A stretch of 64,000 nucleotides of DNA from NCBI RefSeq assembly GCF_006345805.1, contig NC_043023.1, positions 6,510,001-6,574,000 of the forward strand, in the 5' to 3' direction. The position numbers and the translations under genes were made by a program. Each line of letters begins with the position of its first letter. Within the stretch, counting starts at the first letter, position 1. The DNA is from Octopus sinensis (Eukaryota). Below the pieces are notes generated by a model, which was not told where the DNA came from, made no database searches, and saw only the letters and a list, made by a program, of their open reading frames with translations. Below, one piece after another: positions 1-13,365 of the stretch.

Positions 1-89
1 CCCCCTACATGGCCTTGCTTTTGCTTTTTGAGCCAAAGAGAGTAATATTCATGATTCCTCACAGCTCCCTCATCGTATACTCATGTAAC

Positions 90-312
90 TTTCATCTCAA
101 TTGAAAGAGAGGGGCTTTCTCCGTCCGGGTTGCGGATCCGTGGAATAAGCTGCCGGACGAGATAGTGAAGATGCCGACGACCGCTCGGTTCAAAGTCTCG
201 CTTGACCAGAAATGGCCTGAACTCTTTGCATGAACACCCTTCCTGTACATAACTCCCTGTCCCCCTACATGGCCTTGCTTTTGCTTTTTGAGCCAAAAAA
301 TTAACTTAACTT
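90..312 (+). mobile_element. CR1/L2-type LINE 3' fragment (ORF2 C-terminus, 3'UTR, TTAAC tail); a second copy of the same 3' end lies at 1-37
   Basis: Reads AFSVRVADPWNKLPDEIVKMPTTARFKVSLDQKWPELFA*, matching the typical CR1/L2 ORF2 ending (FFSxRVxxxWNxLPxxxV...FKxxLD); 1-37 repeats 261-297. Confidence 0.75.
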
Positions 313-770
313 ATTCGCCATTACTTACCAATTCTATGCTGTCCATCATTTGTATTTCAATATGAATATCGATTGTAGTGTTCAAAGAAGAAGGCCTAAT
401 CAATGGACTGGATCCACTCTTAACGTATGTCAGCAAAGCCTTTATCCTCTGGAAATGTGTGAGGGGCCCTGCAAGGAAAAGAAACCCAAGCATTTACAGG
501 TGAAATTAATGTAGTATCACTCTCTCCCTCGTTAATAATCTCTTTCACTCTCTCTCCGTCTCTCTCTTTCTCCCGTACTCTCTCTCCCTCTCTCTCTCCA
601 TCTCTTTCCTTTGTCTGTCCTTTCTCTCTATCCCTTCACTTTTTCCATCCCCATACTTTTTCCACGTGTAGTTGCTATTTTCTTTTTGAAATATATTTCT
701 ATTATGCATACATACATACATACATACATACATACATACATAAATTCATACATACATATATATATATATA

Positions 771-822
<52 letters not shown>

Positions 823-844
823 CATATACATTCTGTCCGAGTCA

Positions 845-1052
845 GACGCCATGATAGAGCGTTAGCTACTACACATTCTTTTTCTCTCCTTGTTTCTCTC
901 TTTGTTTTTTTCTGTGTCCCTTTCTGTAGAAGAGCGTAGGCTCGAAACGTAAAAGACTTTTTTCTATTCCTGAGCGCTATACTAATACATCTGTTTGTTT
1001 GTACACCACCTGCGTTCGTCTTTTGTTTATTTTCGTAAACTTTCCCTATATA
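845..1052 (+). mobile_element. Penelope-associated terminal repeat carrying a hammerhead-like variant motif
   Basis: Contains CTGTAGAAGAGC-GTAG-GCTCGAAAC; related copies at 10177-10375 (+), 41260-41300 (-), 58700-58890 (-). Confidence 0.55.
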
Positions 1053-1152
1053 GTGGTATATTTATATGTCTGTATATGTGTGGAACATACGAATATGTGC
1101 AATGTTCATATTGAAATACACATTAGTGGTAACATATAATTAATAAGCACAC

Positions 1153-1243
<91 letters not shown>

Positions 1244-1304
1244 CAACATATATACACACACAATGACAAATAAGATAGATATCTAGATATGCACACTTGG
1301 TTGT

Positions 1305-1630
1305 AGGCAAGTTGGACACTGGTTAGAGCAGCGGACTCACGGTCGGAGGATCGGGGTTTCGATTCCCAGATCGGGCGTTGTGTGTGTTTATTGAGCGAAA
1401 ACACTTAAAAGCTCCACGAGGCTCCGGCAAGGGGTGGTGGCGACCCCTGTTGTACTCTTTCGCTCCAACTTTCTCTCGCTCTTTCTTCCTGTTTCTTGTC
1501 CCCGATTTCCTACGCATCCGCTGAGCCTGGATGCGGATTCATCCATCCGTCGATGCTCTCGGTGTCGGGGGTTGACCCGCTTTCTCTTCTGCGGGTCTTA
1601 CGAATAGCAAAGGACCACGATTCGGACTTC
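1305..1630 (+). mobile_element. tRNA-derived SINE (family B here)
   Basis: A/B-box-like head (TGGTTAGAGCAGCGGACTC...GGTTTCGATTCCC); homologous to 13884-14065 (+) and 33971-34086 (-). Confidence 0.75.
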
Positions 1631-2100
1631 TCCCACGGGGACGAAAACAGCAGCTTCAGCCGCGTCGCCGGAGCCGCGCGTCGTAATGACGGCAGCCCCA
1701 ACAACACCGGTAGCAACAACAATATCCCCAGGCCCAGTGCCAGCAGGAGATGCACCAGTAATGCAAACACAATCAACACCCAGGCCTGGAAATACATCGG
1801 ATTAGCCGGTACGGCATTCCAGAGACGCTTGTGCAACCACAGGTCCTCCCTCAGGATCCCAGAAAGACGATTCGTCAAATCCTCGTCCAGCCATGTGTGA
1901 TGCCTCAAAGACAAAAGGACCCAATTCGATATCAAAGGGGACAAAGTTTAGAACGGCAGAGACCCTACATCAATGGAAGCGGGCGGTGCAAGCTCTGGGC
2001 GTAGCCGAGCGAGCTAAAATACACAGAAAGAGAAATGGGTCGCTGAATACTCGCCAAGATATCTTCACACCATACATCCATTTCGAGCGCTACCTGCTGC
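1630..2100 (+). mobile_element. Degenerate Penelope-like element, GIY-YIG endonuclease remnant
   Basis: WKYIGLAGTAFQRRLCNHRSSLR...SSHV*CLKD...LNTRQDIFTPYIH with stops and frameshifts; YIG + RxxxH + LNxR pattern of PLE endonucleases. Confidence 0.7.
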
Positions 2101-2101
2101 G

Positions 2102-2161
<60 letters not shown>

Positions 2162-2361
2162 CACACACACACACACACGCATGTACATACGTATACACAC
2201 ACACATGCATATACACACACATAAATACACAGGGACACAAACAAGAAAAATTATTATTGACATGGACTTACCTTGTGCGGTACTTGTACCTTGCTGTTGG
2301 TTTTGTCCTGTCCAAAACACAGCGATGAGAAATATTTTAGTAACATCATATTGACAACTAC

Positions 2362-2447
<86 letters not shown>

Positions 2448-2553
2448 GAGAGAGAGAGAAAGAGTGAGAGAAAGAGAGAAGGGGAAGAGAGAGAGAGAGA
2501 GAAACAGACCGACAGACAATTATATACATATGTGTGTGTATATATATATATAT

Positions 2554-2594
<41 letters not shown>

Positions 2595-2868
2595 GTATAT
2601 ATATATATATACGTATACACATAATATATATGCATATATATATATATAAATTGTCTGTCTGTTTCTCTCTCTCTTCCCCTTCTCTTTCTCTCACACTTTT
2701 CTCTCTCTCTTTCTCTCTCTCCCTCTGTGTCTAGTTAATTTGCGTGGCTGACATCTGAAGATACTGTGTGTTGTGTGTTGTAATGGATATATGAACATAC
2801 CGTCACATACTTATATATGTGTGTGCGTGTGTATACATATGAGTGTGTGTATATATACAGATATATAC

Positions 2869-2923
<55 letters not shown>

Positions 2924-2989
2924 ATATATATATATTATTGGTGAATTGAAGAAATGGAGCTGAACGCAGATTGAACAGAAATCGTTTTA

Positions 2990-3078
2990 TTTCATTCTAC
3001 ACCTGTTTCGAAAGGCACAATTTACCAAAATCCGATTGAATAATGGGACCATATTGTGTCTTTCTCTTCAGGAAGAAA
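2990..3078 (-). ncRNA. Type I hammerhead ribozyme motif
   Basis: Reverse-complement copy of 4061-4149. Confidence 0.7.
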
Positions 3079-4060
3079 AAGGAAATCCGTTGGAAAAAAC
3101 AAAACAGAACAGAGGCGGAGCAAAACAAATCGAACTATGCTCCTAAGCCCCATGGCGAACTGTTTATCAGTGTATGTTGAGAACCGGTGGCTGAAGAATT
3201 AACGGGTCAGGCATCGGTCAATCATGTGGGTGAGGGTGTGTAGATGTTCTTTGTGACCGAGAATAAAGTTCTGACTATTTAAGGAATATTGGATGTTTTA
3301 TAAGGGGCGAGAAAAAATCTACTTAGAGACGTGTGTGTGTATACTGTTCTATATATGTGTGTGCTGGCGTAGGGGTAGAAAACATTTTTTGTGTACGTGT
3401 GTGCGTTTGATCGTTCGGCTGTCAGTGGCTACTGCAGTGAGAACCGTTGGGTGGCAGAAAAAAAAATATATATTATGCTTTATGTGTGTGTGTGTTCATC
3501 TAAACCTGCCTTGTCAAGGAAACCCCCCGTTGTGAAAAAACCAAGCCCCGTTTATCTTACAGGAGTAATTCCCCTTGCAGTGGTTAATCGTAGGTATCTT
3601 AAATCGGGGGGTTTCCTTGACAAGGCAGGCTTAGATGAACACACACACACATAAAACATAATATATATTTTTTTTTTCTGCCACCCAACGGTTCTCACTG
3701 CAGTAGCCACTGACAGCCGAACGATCAAACGCACACACGTACACAAAAAATGTTTTCTACCCCTACGCCAGCACACACATATATAGAACAGTATACACAC
3801 ACACGTCTCTAAGTAGATTTTTTCTCGCCCCTTATAAAACATCCAATATTCCTTAAATAGTCAGAACTTTATTCTCGGTCACAAAGAACATCTACACACC
3901 CTCACCCACATGATTGACCGATGCCTGACCCGTTAAATTCTTCAGCCACCGGTTCTCAACATACACTGATAAACAGTTTCGCCATGGGCTCTTAGGAGCA
4001 TAGTTCGATTTGTTTTGCTCCGCCTCTGTTCTGTTTTTGTTTTTTCCAACGGATTTCCTT

Positions 4061-4149
4061 TTTCTTCCTGAAGAGAAAGACACAATATGGTCCCATTATT
4101 CAATCGGATTTTGGTAAATTGTGCCTTTCGAAACAGGTGTAGAATGAAA
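4061..4149 (+). ncRNA. Type I hammerhead ribozyme motif
   Basis: TTTCTTC-CTGAAGA-GAAAGACACAAT...ATTGTGCCTTTC-GAAAC-AGGT-GTA-GAATGAAA: intact CUGANGA/GAAA core, stems I-III pair, GUA cleavage triplet. Confidence 0.75.
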
Positions 4150-4754
4150 TAAAACGATTTCTGTTCAATCTGCGTTCAGCTCCATTTCTTCAATTCACCA
4201 ATAATATTTTAATTTCAATTATCCGCACCAACGCACGGTTGCAACACCATATGGTTGTACCTCCAACCGTGCTGTTCACTGCTGTGATTTTTGCTACCAA
4301 GGTATCGGTTAAACTTTTGATTAATCTACTACAAGATTATTCATCTTTCTACTTCACATAATATATATATATATATATATATAATTACAAAGTGAGATAG
4401 GGGTTGTGAGTGTAACCCTCTATGGGATAACATATATCTAATATACTACCAGTAAAGCACCCAGAAATGCTAATACATAAATGCTAAGAATTGCAATGCA
4501 ATTAATTCATTTATTGTATTATATGGGCGAAGGTAAAATGTTTTACCTCAAATTCATAATACAAAATAAGAAAATGCAGGAATAGATTTTAATCAATCAT
4601 CAACTACTAGATAATACCAATTCATATAATTTATTAACCAACTACATATGAACATCAAGGTCAAACACAATAATACAGAACAAAACAGTACACATCAATG
4701 AGAAATATGATACCATAAGTATAATACGTATAAATAAATATAAATATAAACTAG

Positions 4755-4881
4755 ATCTTACAGCTGTTTCAACCATGTAAATAAGAGTATCTCATTATGC
4801 TCATATTAGCCAGGTGTGTTAAGGTAATATGTGGTTATAAATGAGATACTTACATATATATCCCAAGGCCTCTTCAGAGAT
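4755..4881 (-). ncRNA. Type I hammerhead ribozyme motif with long stem II insertion
   Basis: Minus strand ATCT-CTGAAGA-GGCC...(~95 nt)...GGTT-GAAAC-AGCT-GTA-AGAT; stem I ATCT/AGAT, palindromic stem III ACAGCTGT. Confidence 0.7.
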
Positions 4882-5824
4882 TATAAAGTACAATTCAAAT
4901 ATGAATATTAGAGAAGGTACACATATACAAGAATCAGTACATATACATAATATACACATACATGTAAGCGCATATACACATGCACCTACATATATATAAG
5001 TATATACATAATAATATACATATAAGGTTACAGTTAGTCAAATCAATATATTAGAATATACATACATACACACATCTACAAGAAAGTGTACATATACAAA
5101 GTCCAGAGTTCATTGTATTAAGTTACAAAGGCTATTAATATTATTATTATTAATATTATTAATAATAATACCAGTAAAAGAATATGTGCATCCTGCCATT
5201 CACAATACATAGTAGATGGAAAATATCACATAGAATACAGCAACAGCATAATATAATAATATAATAATATAATACAATACAACACAGTATAGCTCAAAAG
5301 GAATATTTTTTCTTTATATATGTTTGTTGAGCTATACTGTATGGTCACAATAATATTCACAGAGAATGCAGATACCTTACAAACCCTATGCACATCATCA
5401 CAACAGTTGGTCAATAAGTTCCAAGTACTTTGACACGTTAGAATAAAGGAAAAAATATAAATCTAAAATTTATTCAATTTGGAGAAAAAGACTATCACTT
5501 ATTATGAGTAGGCATAGTACTTATTAACTGGGGGAAAAGCCTTATTAATCAAGTGAACATATTATGGGTCAAAATATATACTAAGAGGGAAAATCAAAGA
5601 ATATATACAAAATATATACTAAGAGGGAAAATCAAAGAAAGATATTCAAAGATTTAGTAGAATGTGATATTTCATAATATGAAGGGAGGTGACTTAGAAG
5701 AGTAAATTATTCAAATTTCATGGATAGTGAGTTGATATTAATGAATTAAAATATAGGATCTAATGGGAATAAAATTTATTACCTGCGGATAAAAGTTAAT
5801 TAGTTAGGTAAAAATATCTTAGGT

Positions 5825-6560
5825 TAATTATATATTAAGAAATGGGAGTGAGATAATCAAGATTAACCAAATACTTTCCCTAGGGACATAGGATTAATGC
5901 TACTTAGTATTGGAGAACATTATGAAAAAGAAGAATTTAATTCTAAGTTTATAATGAAGTTTTTTAATCATTTATGGGTGTTAGACTAAAACCAGTATGG
6001 TATATTCGTTCCTATTTGGTTAAATATATTTTGTAAAGATATCTTAGACTAATTATATATTAAGAAATGGGAGTGAGATAATCAAGATTAACCAAATACT
6101 TTCCCTAGGGACATAGGATTAATGCTACTTAGTATTGGAGAACATTATGAAAAAGAAGAATTTAATTCTAAGTTTATAATGAAGTTTTTTAATCATTTAT
6201 GGGTGTTAGACTAAAACCAGTATGGTATATTCGTTCCTATTTGGTTAAATATATTTTGTAAAGATATCTTAGACTAATTATATATTAAGAAATGGAAGTG
6301 AGATAATCAAGGTGAACTGAATAGTTTCTTTAGGGATATAGGATTCATACTATTTAGTATTCCTACTATTTGGGATTCATACTATTTAGGATTTCAACTA
6401 ATTAGATTCATACAGTTTAATTTTAGAAAAATGAAGAATTCAATTTTAAGTTTGCAGTGAAGTTTTTCTTAGTCATCTATGAATGTTAAATTGAAAGCCA
6501 GTATGGTATATTTCTTTTTATTTGATTATAAAGAATTAAAATTTGAAAAATATAGGAATA
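5825..6560. repeat. ~225-bp tandem repeat, ~3 copies (third diverged)
   Basis: TAATTATATATTAAGAAATGG(G/A)AGTGAGATAATCAAG recurs at ~5825, ~6050, ~6275. Confidence 0.85.
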
Positions 6561-7084
6561 TTCACAAAATTATTATTTAAAGTATTTAAACGTTCGGTTT
6601 GTACGATGTATACAAGATGATCACAGCTCCAAACGGTTATTTAACAGATTTGTATTACTCTGATGTTTCAAAATTTCATAAGTTTCCATAGAACAAAGTT
6701 GACAACCACCCCTACTATTTCTATAAGGTTGCGCCCTTCTTATTATATCCCATTTTAGGTTGAATTCTATATCATTTGTTTTTAGTTCCCAAATTTTGCT
6801 AGATAATGTTGTGCAACCTGCCTTATGTTTGAGCCTAAAAGAGGAAAAATGATTGTTGAGACGTTTTTTAAAATCTACCGAACAACCGAAATAAAGAAAG
6901 CTATTGTTAGAAGTTATTATCGTGCATTTATAAAAAATACGTTTTGGACCGAACAACGACCAGATACCGGACATTTTGATCTAATCCTACAATTACAACT
7001 GGGGGGATAGTGTCCGGTACTAGAATTATTTAATGACAGTTCACTTTCATTACTTTCATAAATATATATAATGAAAGAGCACTC

Positions 7085-7340
7085 CGTCGGAACAGCTTGC
7101 TAGTGAAATTAACGTGCAAGTGACTGAGCAATCAACAGACACGTGTCCCCCTAACGAAGTTCTCAGGGAGATTCAGCGTGACATAAGGCCGGCCCTTTGA
7201 AATACAGGTACAACTCATTTTTGCCAGCTGAGTGGACTGGAGCAACGTGAAATAAAGTGTCTTGCTCAAGGACTCAACGTGTCGCCGGGAATTGAACTCA
7301 CGACCTTACAATCGTGAACCGAATACCCTAACCAATAAGC

Positions 7341-7345
<5 letters not shown>
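7085..7345 (-). mobile_element. tRNA-derived SINE (family C here)
   Basis: Minus strand GTGGCTTATTGGTTAGGG...GAGTTCAATTCCC...CCTTGAGCAAGACAC; related copies 13527-13650 (+), 30712-30955 (+), 57790-57958 (-). Confidence 0.75.
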
Positions 7346-7373
<28 letters not shown>

Positions 7374-7374
<1 letters not shown>

Positions 7375-7797
7375 GGCGCAGGAGTGGCTGTGTGGTAAGT
7401 AGCTTGCTAACCAACCACATGGTTCTGGGTTCAGTCCCACTGCGTGGCATCTTGGGCAAGTGTCTTCTGCTATAGCCCCGGGCCGACTAATGCCTTCTGA
7501 GTGGATTTGGCAGACGGAAACTGAAAGAAACCTGTCGTATGTATGTATATATATATGTATATATATATATGTATGTATGTGTGTGTGTTTGTGTGTGTGT
7601 GTTTGTCCCCTTAGCATTGCTTGACAACCGATGCTGGTGTGTTTACGTCCCCGTCACTTAGCGGTTCGGCAAAAAGAGAACGATAGAATAAGTACTGGGC
7701 TTACAAAGAATAAGACCCGGGGTCGATTTGCTCGACTGAAGGCGGTGCTCCAGCATGGCCGCAGTCAAATGAGTGAAACAAGTAAAAGAGTAAAAGA

Positions 7798-7800
<3 letters not shown>
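7374..7800 (+). mobile_element. tRNA-derived SINE (family A here, ~430 bp with internal microsatellite)
   Basis: GGCGCAGGAGTGGCTGTGTGGTAAG...GGTTCAGTCCC...TTGGGCAAGTG...GAAACAAGTAAAAGAG; at least 10 related copies in the window. Confidence 0.85.
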
Positions 7801-7836
<36 letters not shown>

Positions 7837-8301
7837 TTAAATAAAGTTAAGACGTTTTCACGTTTTTTTATGGTATTTTAACAAAATTAGCGTTTTCATA
7901 CACAGTGAACTCATCAGATTTCAAATGTGTTTAACTGACAGTTCAGTCCTTGATAACTTTAGTATCTCTTAGAACGCTCCAACCAGACAAATTTTTCGAA
8001 TGCTTTTTTGATCAATCCGTAAGCTCTTAAACATCACAGTCTGCCAGCCGTACTGATATTCTGCAACTTGTTTATATTTTTTAATCCACCTCAATAACTG
8101 GTTGTTATATAATTGCTGTTATTTCCGTTCAGAACAGGTTTGAACATTTTAATAAACCGTTTTTCTTTTATCTTTCTTCCAACCTGACTTGTGTCTTGTA
8201 GTTTGTGGAAAGGAAAAATTAGAAACGTTTTCTGACCACCTGTCTCTATACATTCGCTCAATGGAATTTGGCAAACATTGGTGTTCTGGATTTGTTATCA
8301 C

Positions 8302-8524
8302 ATCCTCGTCCAGCCATGTGTGATGCCTCAAAGACAAAAGGACCCAATTCGATATCAAAGGGGAAAAAGTTTAGAACGGCAGAGACCCTACATCAATGGA
8401 AGCGGGCGGTGCAAGCTCTGGGCGTAGCCGAGCGAGCTAAAATACACAGAAAGAGAAATGGGTCGCTGAATACTCGCCAAGATATCTTCACACCATACAT
8501 CCATTTCGAGCGCTAATTGCTGCA

Positions 8525-8572
<48 letters not shown>

Positions 8573-8737
8573 CATACGTATACACACAGAGACATAACTA
8601 TAGTGACAGCATTATTCGACAAGAAAAATTATTATAGACATGGACTAACCTGGTGTTTTACTTCCAATTTGCTGTGGCGTTAATACTGTCCAAAACACAG
8701 CGATGAGAAATATTTTAGTATGTAATATCATATTGAC

Positions 8738-8779
<42 letters not shown>

Positions 8780-8782
8780 TAT

Positions 8783-8835
<53 letters not shown>

Positions 8836-8840
8836 TGAGA
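8302..8840 (+). repeat. Duplicate of 1880-2470 (PLE endonuclease end plus flank)
   Basis: Near-identical sequence; ORFs 1893..2354 and 8268..8516 share ~65 aa. Confidence 0.85.
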
Positions 8841-9207
8841 GACAGATAGATAGAAATAAAGATATTGGTGTTATGGTATGTGATAATATTTTTTTGTCAA
8901 ACGGTTACAGAAGTTTCTCAAAGATTGAAATGTCCATGCATGGCACTCATCAGACAAATTGTCTTGGCATCCATAGAGTTTGCCGCTTTCTGTTGAGTGA
9001 ATTGTAGTCCCATAAATAATATCTCTCTGTGCGTGTGTGTGTGTGTATGTGTGTGTGTGTGTGTGTGTGTATGTTGTGTATGTGAGTGAGTGTAACTTAG
9101 GTGACGTCCCAGTGAGTTCACACTTGAAAACTGAGTGGAGTAAGAGACTGACTCACTGACTCAAACTCATAACGATTGGATATCTACAATAACGATTGAT
9201 ATATGTA

Positions 9208-9238
<31 letters not shown>

Positions 9239-9255
9239 TTATTTATGTATGTATG

Positions 9256-9288
<33 letters not shown>

Positions 9289-9398
9289 CAAATCAATAGG
9301 TGGTTCATCAACTTTTAGACATTATATTATGTCAATTTATTTATTTATTTACTTAAATGACAATTACAAGAAGATACATACATGTATAACATAATATG

Positions 9399-9460
<62 letters not shown>

Positions 9461-9501
9461 AAATAAGAAAATGGAAATAAATCAATTAATTATCTAACCT
9501 C

Positions 9502-9538
<37 letters not shown>

Positions 9539-9541
9539 GCA

Positions 9542-9578
<37 letters not shown>

Positions 9579-10145
9579 TTGTGTGTGTTTGCGTATCTCT
9601 ATATATGAGTGTGTGTGTCTGTGTGCATGCATGATAATGATGTGTATCAACATAACATGCTAGTTAATTTGCTTGGCCGACATCTGAAGATAGTGTGTGT
9701 GTTGTTGTAATGGATATATGAACATACACCTTACATACGTGTGCGCGTGTATATATGTATATATGTATATATGTATATATATATCTGTGTATGTATATAT
9801 ATGTGTGTATATATATGGTGAGTGGTGATTATAAATCTGTTTATATATCAATAAAGATTATTGCCTATTCGTGAAAGTTAACTTTCAGATTCATGTGACT
9901 GAATGGATGTCTGGTGTGTAGTGTCTGCTGTGCAGATGCATGTATATATATATTCACACACACACACACACGTATGAGTGTGTGAGCGCGCGCTCGCGTG
10001 CGTTCGCGTGTGAGTGTTATGTATCAAATTGAATACAGAACCGAAGGAGCTACCAACAGTTTCATGCCTTCATGATACTTGAGTAGGTATATTTATAAAG
10101 TTCGTTATCTACCTTAAAGCAATCTTTCAGGCTCTGTTTATGCAT

Positions 10146-10479
<334 letters not shown>

Positions 10480-10687
10480 GTGAAATAGAAAGATGAATAA
10501 TCTTGTAGTAGATTAATCAAAAGTTTAACCGATACCTTAGTAGCAAAAATCACAGCAGTAAACAGCACGGTTGGAGGTACAACCATATGGTGTTGCAACC
10601 GTGCGTTGGTGCGGATAAATGAAATTAAAACATTATTGGTGAATTGAAGAAATGGAGCTGAACGCAGATTGAACAGAAATCGTTTTA

Positions 10688-10776
10688 TTTCATTCTACAC
10701 GTGTTTCGAAAGGCACAAATTACCAAAATCCGATTGAATAATGGGACCATATTGTGTCTTTCTCTTCAGGAAGAAA
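10688..10776 (-). ncRNA. Type I hammerhead ribozyme motif
   Basis: Reverse-complement copy of 10977-11065. Confidence 0.72.
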
Positions 10777-10976
10777 ATAGGAAATCCGTTGGAAAAACAA
10801 AAACAGAACAGAGGCGGAGCAAAAACAAATCGAACTATGCTCCTAAGAGCCAGAACAGAGGCGGAGCAAAAACAAATCGAACTATGCTCCTAAGAGCCCA
10901 TGGCTCTTAGGAGCATAGTTCGATTTGTTTTTGCTCCGCCTCTGTTCTGTTTTTGTTTTTCCAACGGATTTCCTAT

Positions 10977-11065
10977 TTTCTTCCTGAAGAGAAAGACACA
11001 ATATGGTCCCATTATTCAATCGGATTTTGGTAATTTGTGCCTTTCGAAACACGTGTAGAATGAAA
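10977..11065 (+). ncRNA. Type I hammerhead ribozyme motif
   Basis: TTTCTTC-CTGAAGA-GAAAGACACAA...TTGTGCCTTTC-GAAAC-ACGT-GTA-GAATGAAA; perfect palindromic stem III ACACGTGT. Confidence 0.78.
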
Positions 11066-11122
11066 TAAAACGATTTCTGTTCAATCTGCGTTCAGCTCCA
11101 TTTCTTCAATTCACCAATAATG

Positions 11123-11226
<104 letters not shown>

Positions 11227-12422
11227 TGTATGTATGTATGTATGTATGTATGTATGTATATAAGGATAAGATCGTTAATTTAAATATCGATCTTATTAAG
11301 TGGCCAGTATGGGAATAAAAACCTTTAAAGATAATAATCATTAAAATTATAATTTAGGGTATCTAAGAGATACCACCACACTGGAAATAGCAGCCAAAAC
11401 CTGACTCTAAAACCACATTAAATGCTCATACAGCACCAAGAGATAAGACAAGGGGACAAAATAAACTAGCAAAAAATTACTGGATAATTTCAGATCCCGG
11501 ATATCTGACTATGCATAAAAAATGCTTTGCCTCATCAGTGGAATATACACAGATAGTAACATAAATACACACATATATACATATAACATATGAATACTTA
11601 CATATACGAACGTATACATACATATATATGCACGTATGCAACATGACCAGTTTAAATTGTCCGCCTATAACTCCTCGTGCGAGGTTAAAATATCACCGCA
11701 GTAAATACAATGACGAACTAAAAACAAAAATTTACACAAATAAGGATAAGATCGTTAATTTAAATATCGATCTTATCAAGTGGCGAACATGAGAATAAAA
11801 GCCTTTAAAGGTAATAATTATTATTAAAATTTATTCGTGTATCATATGTATATATATGTGTATGGATAATATCAATGGTGTGGAGAGGGAAGGCTGGTAT
11901 GCATGGGCGACTACTGGTCTTCCATAAACAACCTTGCCCGGACTTGTGCCTCGGAGGGTAACTTTCTAGGTGCAATCCCATGGTCATTCATGACCGAAGG
12001 GGTTCTTTAAAATATATATTTGCTTACCCATAAATACTGCTGGGGCTCTTATTACGATAATTTCCACAGCATGGCGGTCTACTGGCGCACTTCAGTTAAT
12101 GTAGTTGACTGTATTTTATTTAGGGCTATAGTTTTAATAAGGTCTGTCCTGAGTTGCCTCTCTTACCTATTTCCCATTGATAACAACTAAGAGGTAGAAA
12201 CATCGATGTCTGAAAATCTTGTCACGTGGCGACTCTAGGCAGTAAAGTATTTTTTCACCTCTTTATCATATGAAAGAATCTTTCTCTACGGCAACTCCAG
12301 TGAATTTGACCTTTAGTACTTGAAATATGTCACAAACATGCTTTAACTAACCTTAACTTTGCTTATATACATACATATATATATATTCTATTATTATTAT
12401 TTTTTTCATTATTTATTACCTT

Positions 12423-12542
12423 AGACCTGATGAGTGACTATATTTTTAAATAGTATTATTTTTAGTTCGATTTAATTTTGAATCGAATCGATTTTATTAT
12501 CTTTATCTATTTGAAAATATAGCCATGAAACGTGCGTAGTCT
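12423..12542 (+). ncRNA. Type I hammerhead ribozyme motif with extended stem II
   Basis: AGAC-CTGATGA-GTGACTATATTTTTAAATAG...CTATTTGAAAATATAGCCAT-GAAAC-GTGC-GTA-GTCT. Confidence 0.75.
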
Positions 12543-12756
12543 TTTTACTGCAATTTACTATTTATTGTACTTTATTGATTTAAAATAAGGTTTTTTTTAT
12601 CGTATATGTTTTCTATATGGTGTGAATAACATCTTTCTTTATTGAATTGTTTAATAATGTTTTTTCTCTAAATTATATACATATATTATATATTGTAAAA
12701 TTTGATTTAAAATTGTTAAATTGAATTTTTCCCTGTAAGTTTTGAAATTATATTCC

Positions 12757-12825
<69 letters not shown>

Positions 12826-12911
12826 TTACTACTATTATTATTATTATTATATATATATATATACATATATATATTCTATTATTATTATTTTTTTTCATTA
12901 TTTATTACCTT

Positions 12912-13031
12912 AGACCTGATGAGTGACTATATTTTTAAATAGTATTATTTTTAGTTCGATTTAATTTTGAATCGAATCGATTTTATTATCTTTATCTATT
13001 TGAAAATATAGCCATGAAACGTGCGTAGTCT
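12912..13031 (+). ncRNA. Type I hammerhead ribozyme motif (second tandem copy)
   Basis: Identical to 12423-12542. Confidence 0.75.
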
Positions 13032-13243
13032 TTTTACTGCAATTTACTATTTATTGTACTTTATTGATTAAAATAAGGTTTTTTTTATCGTATATGTTTT
13101 CTATATGGTGTGAATAACATCTTTCTTTATTGAATTGTTTAATAATGTTTTTTCTCTAAATTATATACATATATTATATATGTAAAATTTGATTTAAAAT
13201 TGTTAAATTGAATTTTTCCCTGTAAGTTTTGAAATTATATTCC

Positions 13244-13312
<69 letters not shown>

Positions 13313-13334
13313 TTACTACTATTATTATTATTAT

Positions 13335-13365
<31 letters not shown>

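Larger units (their letters stand above)
2932..4207. repeat. ~600-bp near-perfect inverted repeat (arms 2932-3529 and 3605-4207, 75-nt spacer), Penelope pseudo-LTR type
   Basis: Arms are direct reverse complements; ORFs 3293..3535(+) and 3552..3842(-) give nearly identical peptides. Confidence 0.9.
4381..7060 (-). mobile_element. 5'-truncated Penelope-like element (GIY-YIG end plus long 3' region)
   Basis: 6600-7010 (-) reads PPSCNCRIRSKCPVSG...IFYKC...LYFG...FKKRLNNH...LSSKIWELK...CQLC...LLNNRLEL*SSCIH; a hammerhead lies downstream at 4755-4881. Confidence 0.75.

Noticed and set aside
7845-7920. CTGATGA motifs on the minus strand here and at ~11490-11540
   Set aside because: GAAA/stem III side too degenerate to call hammerheads
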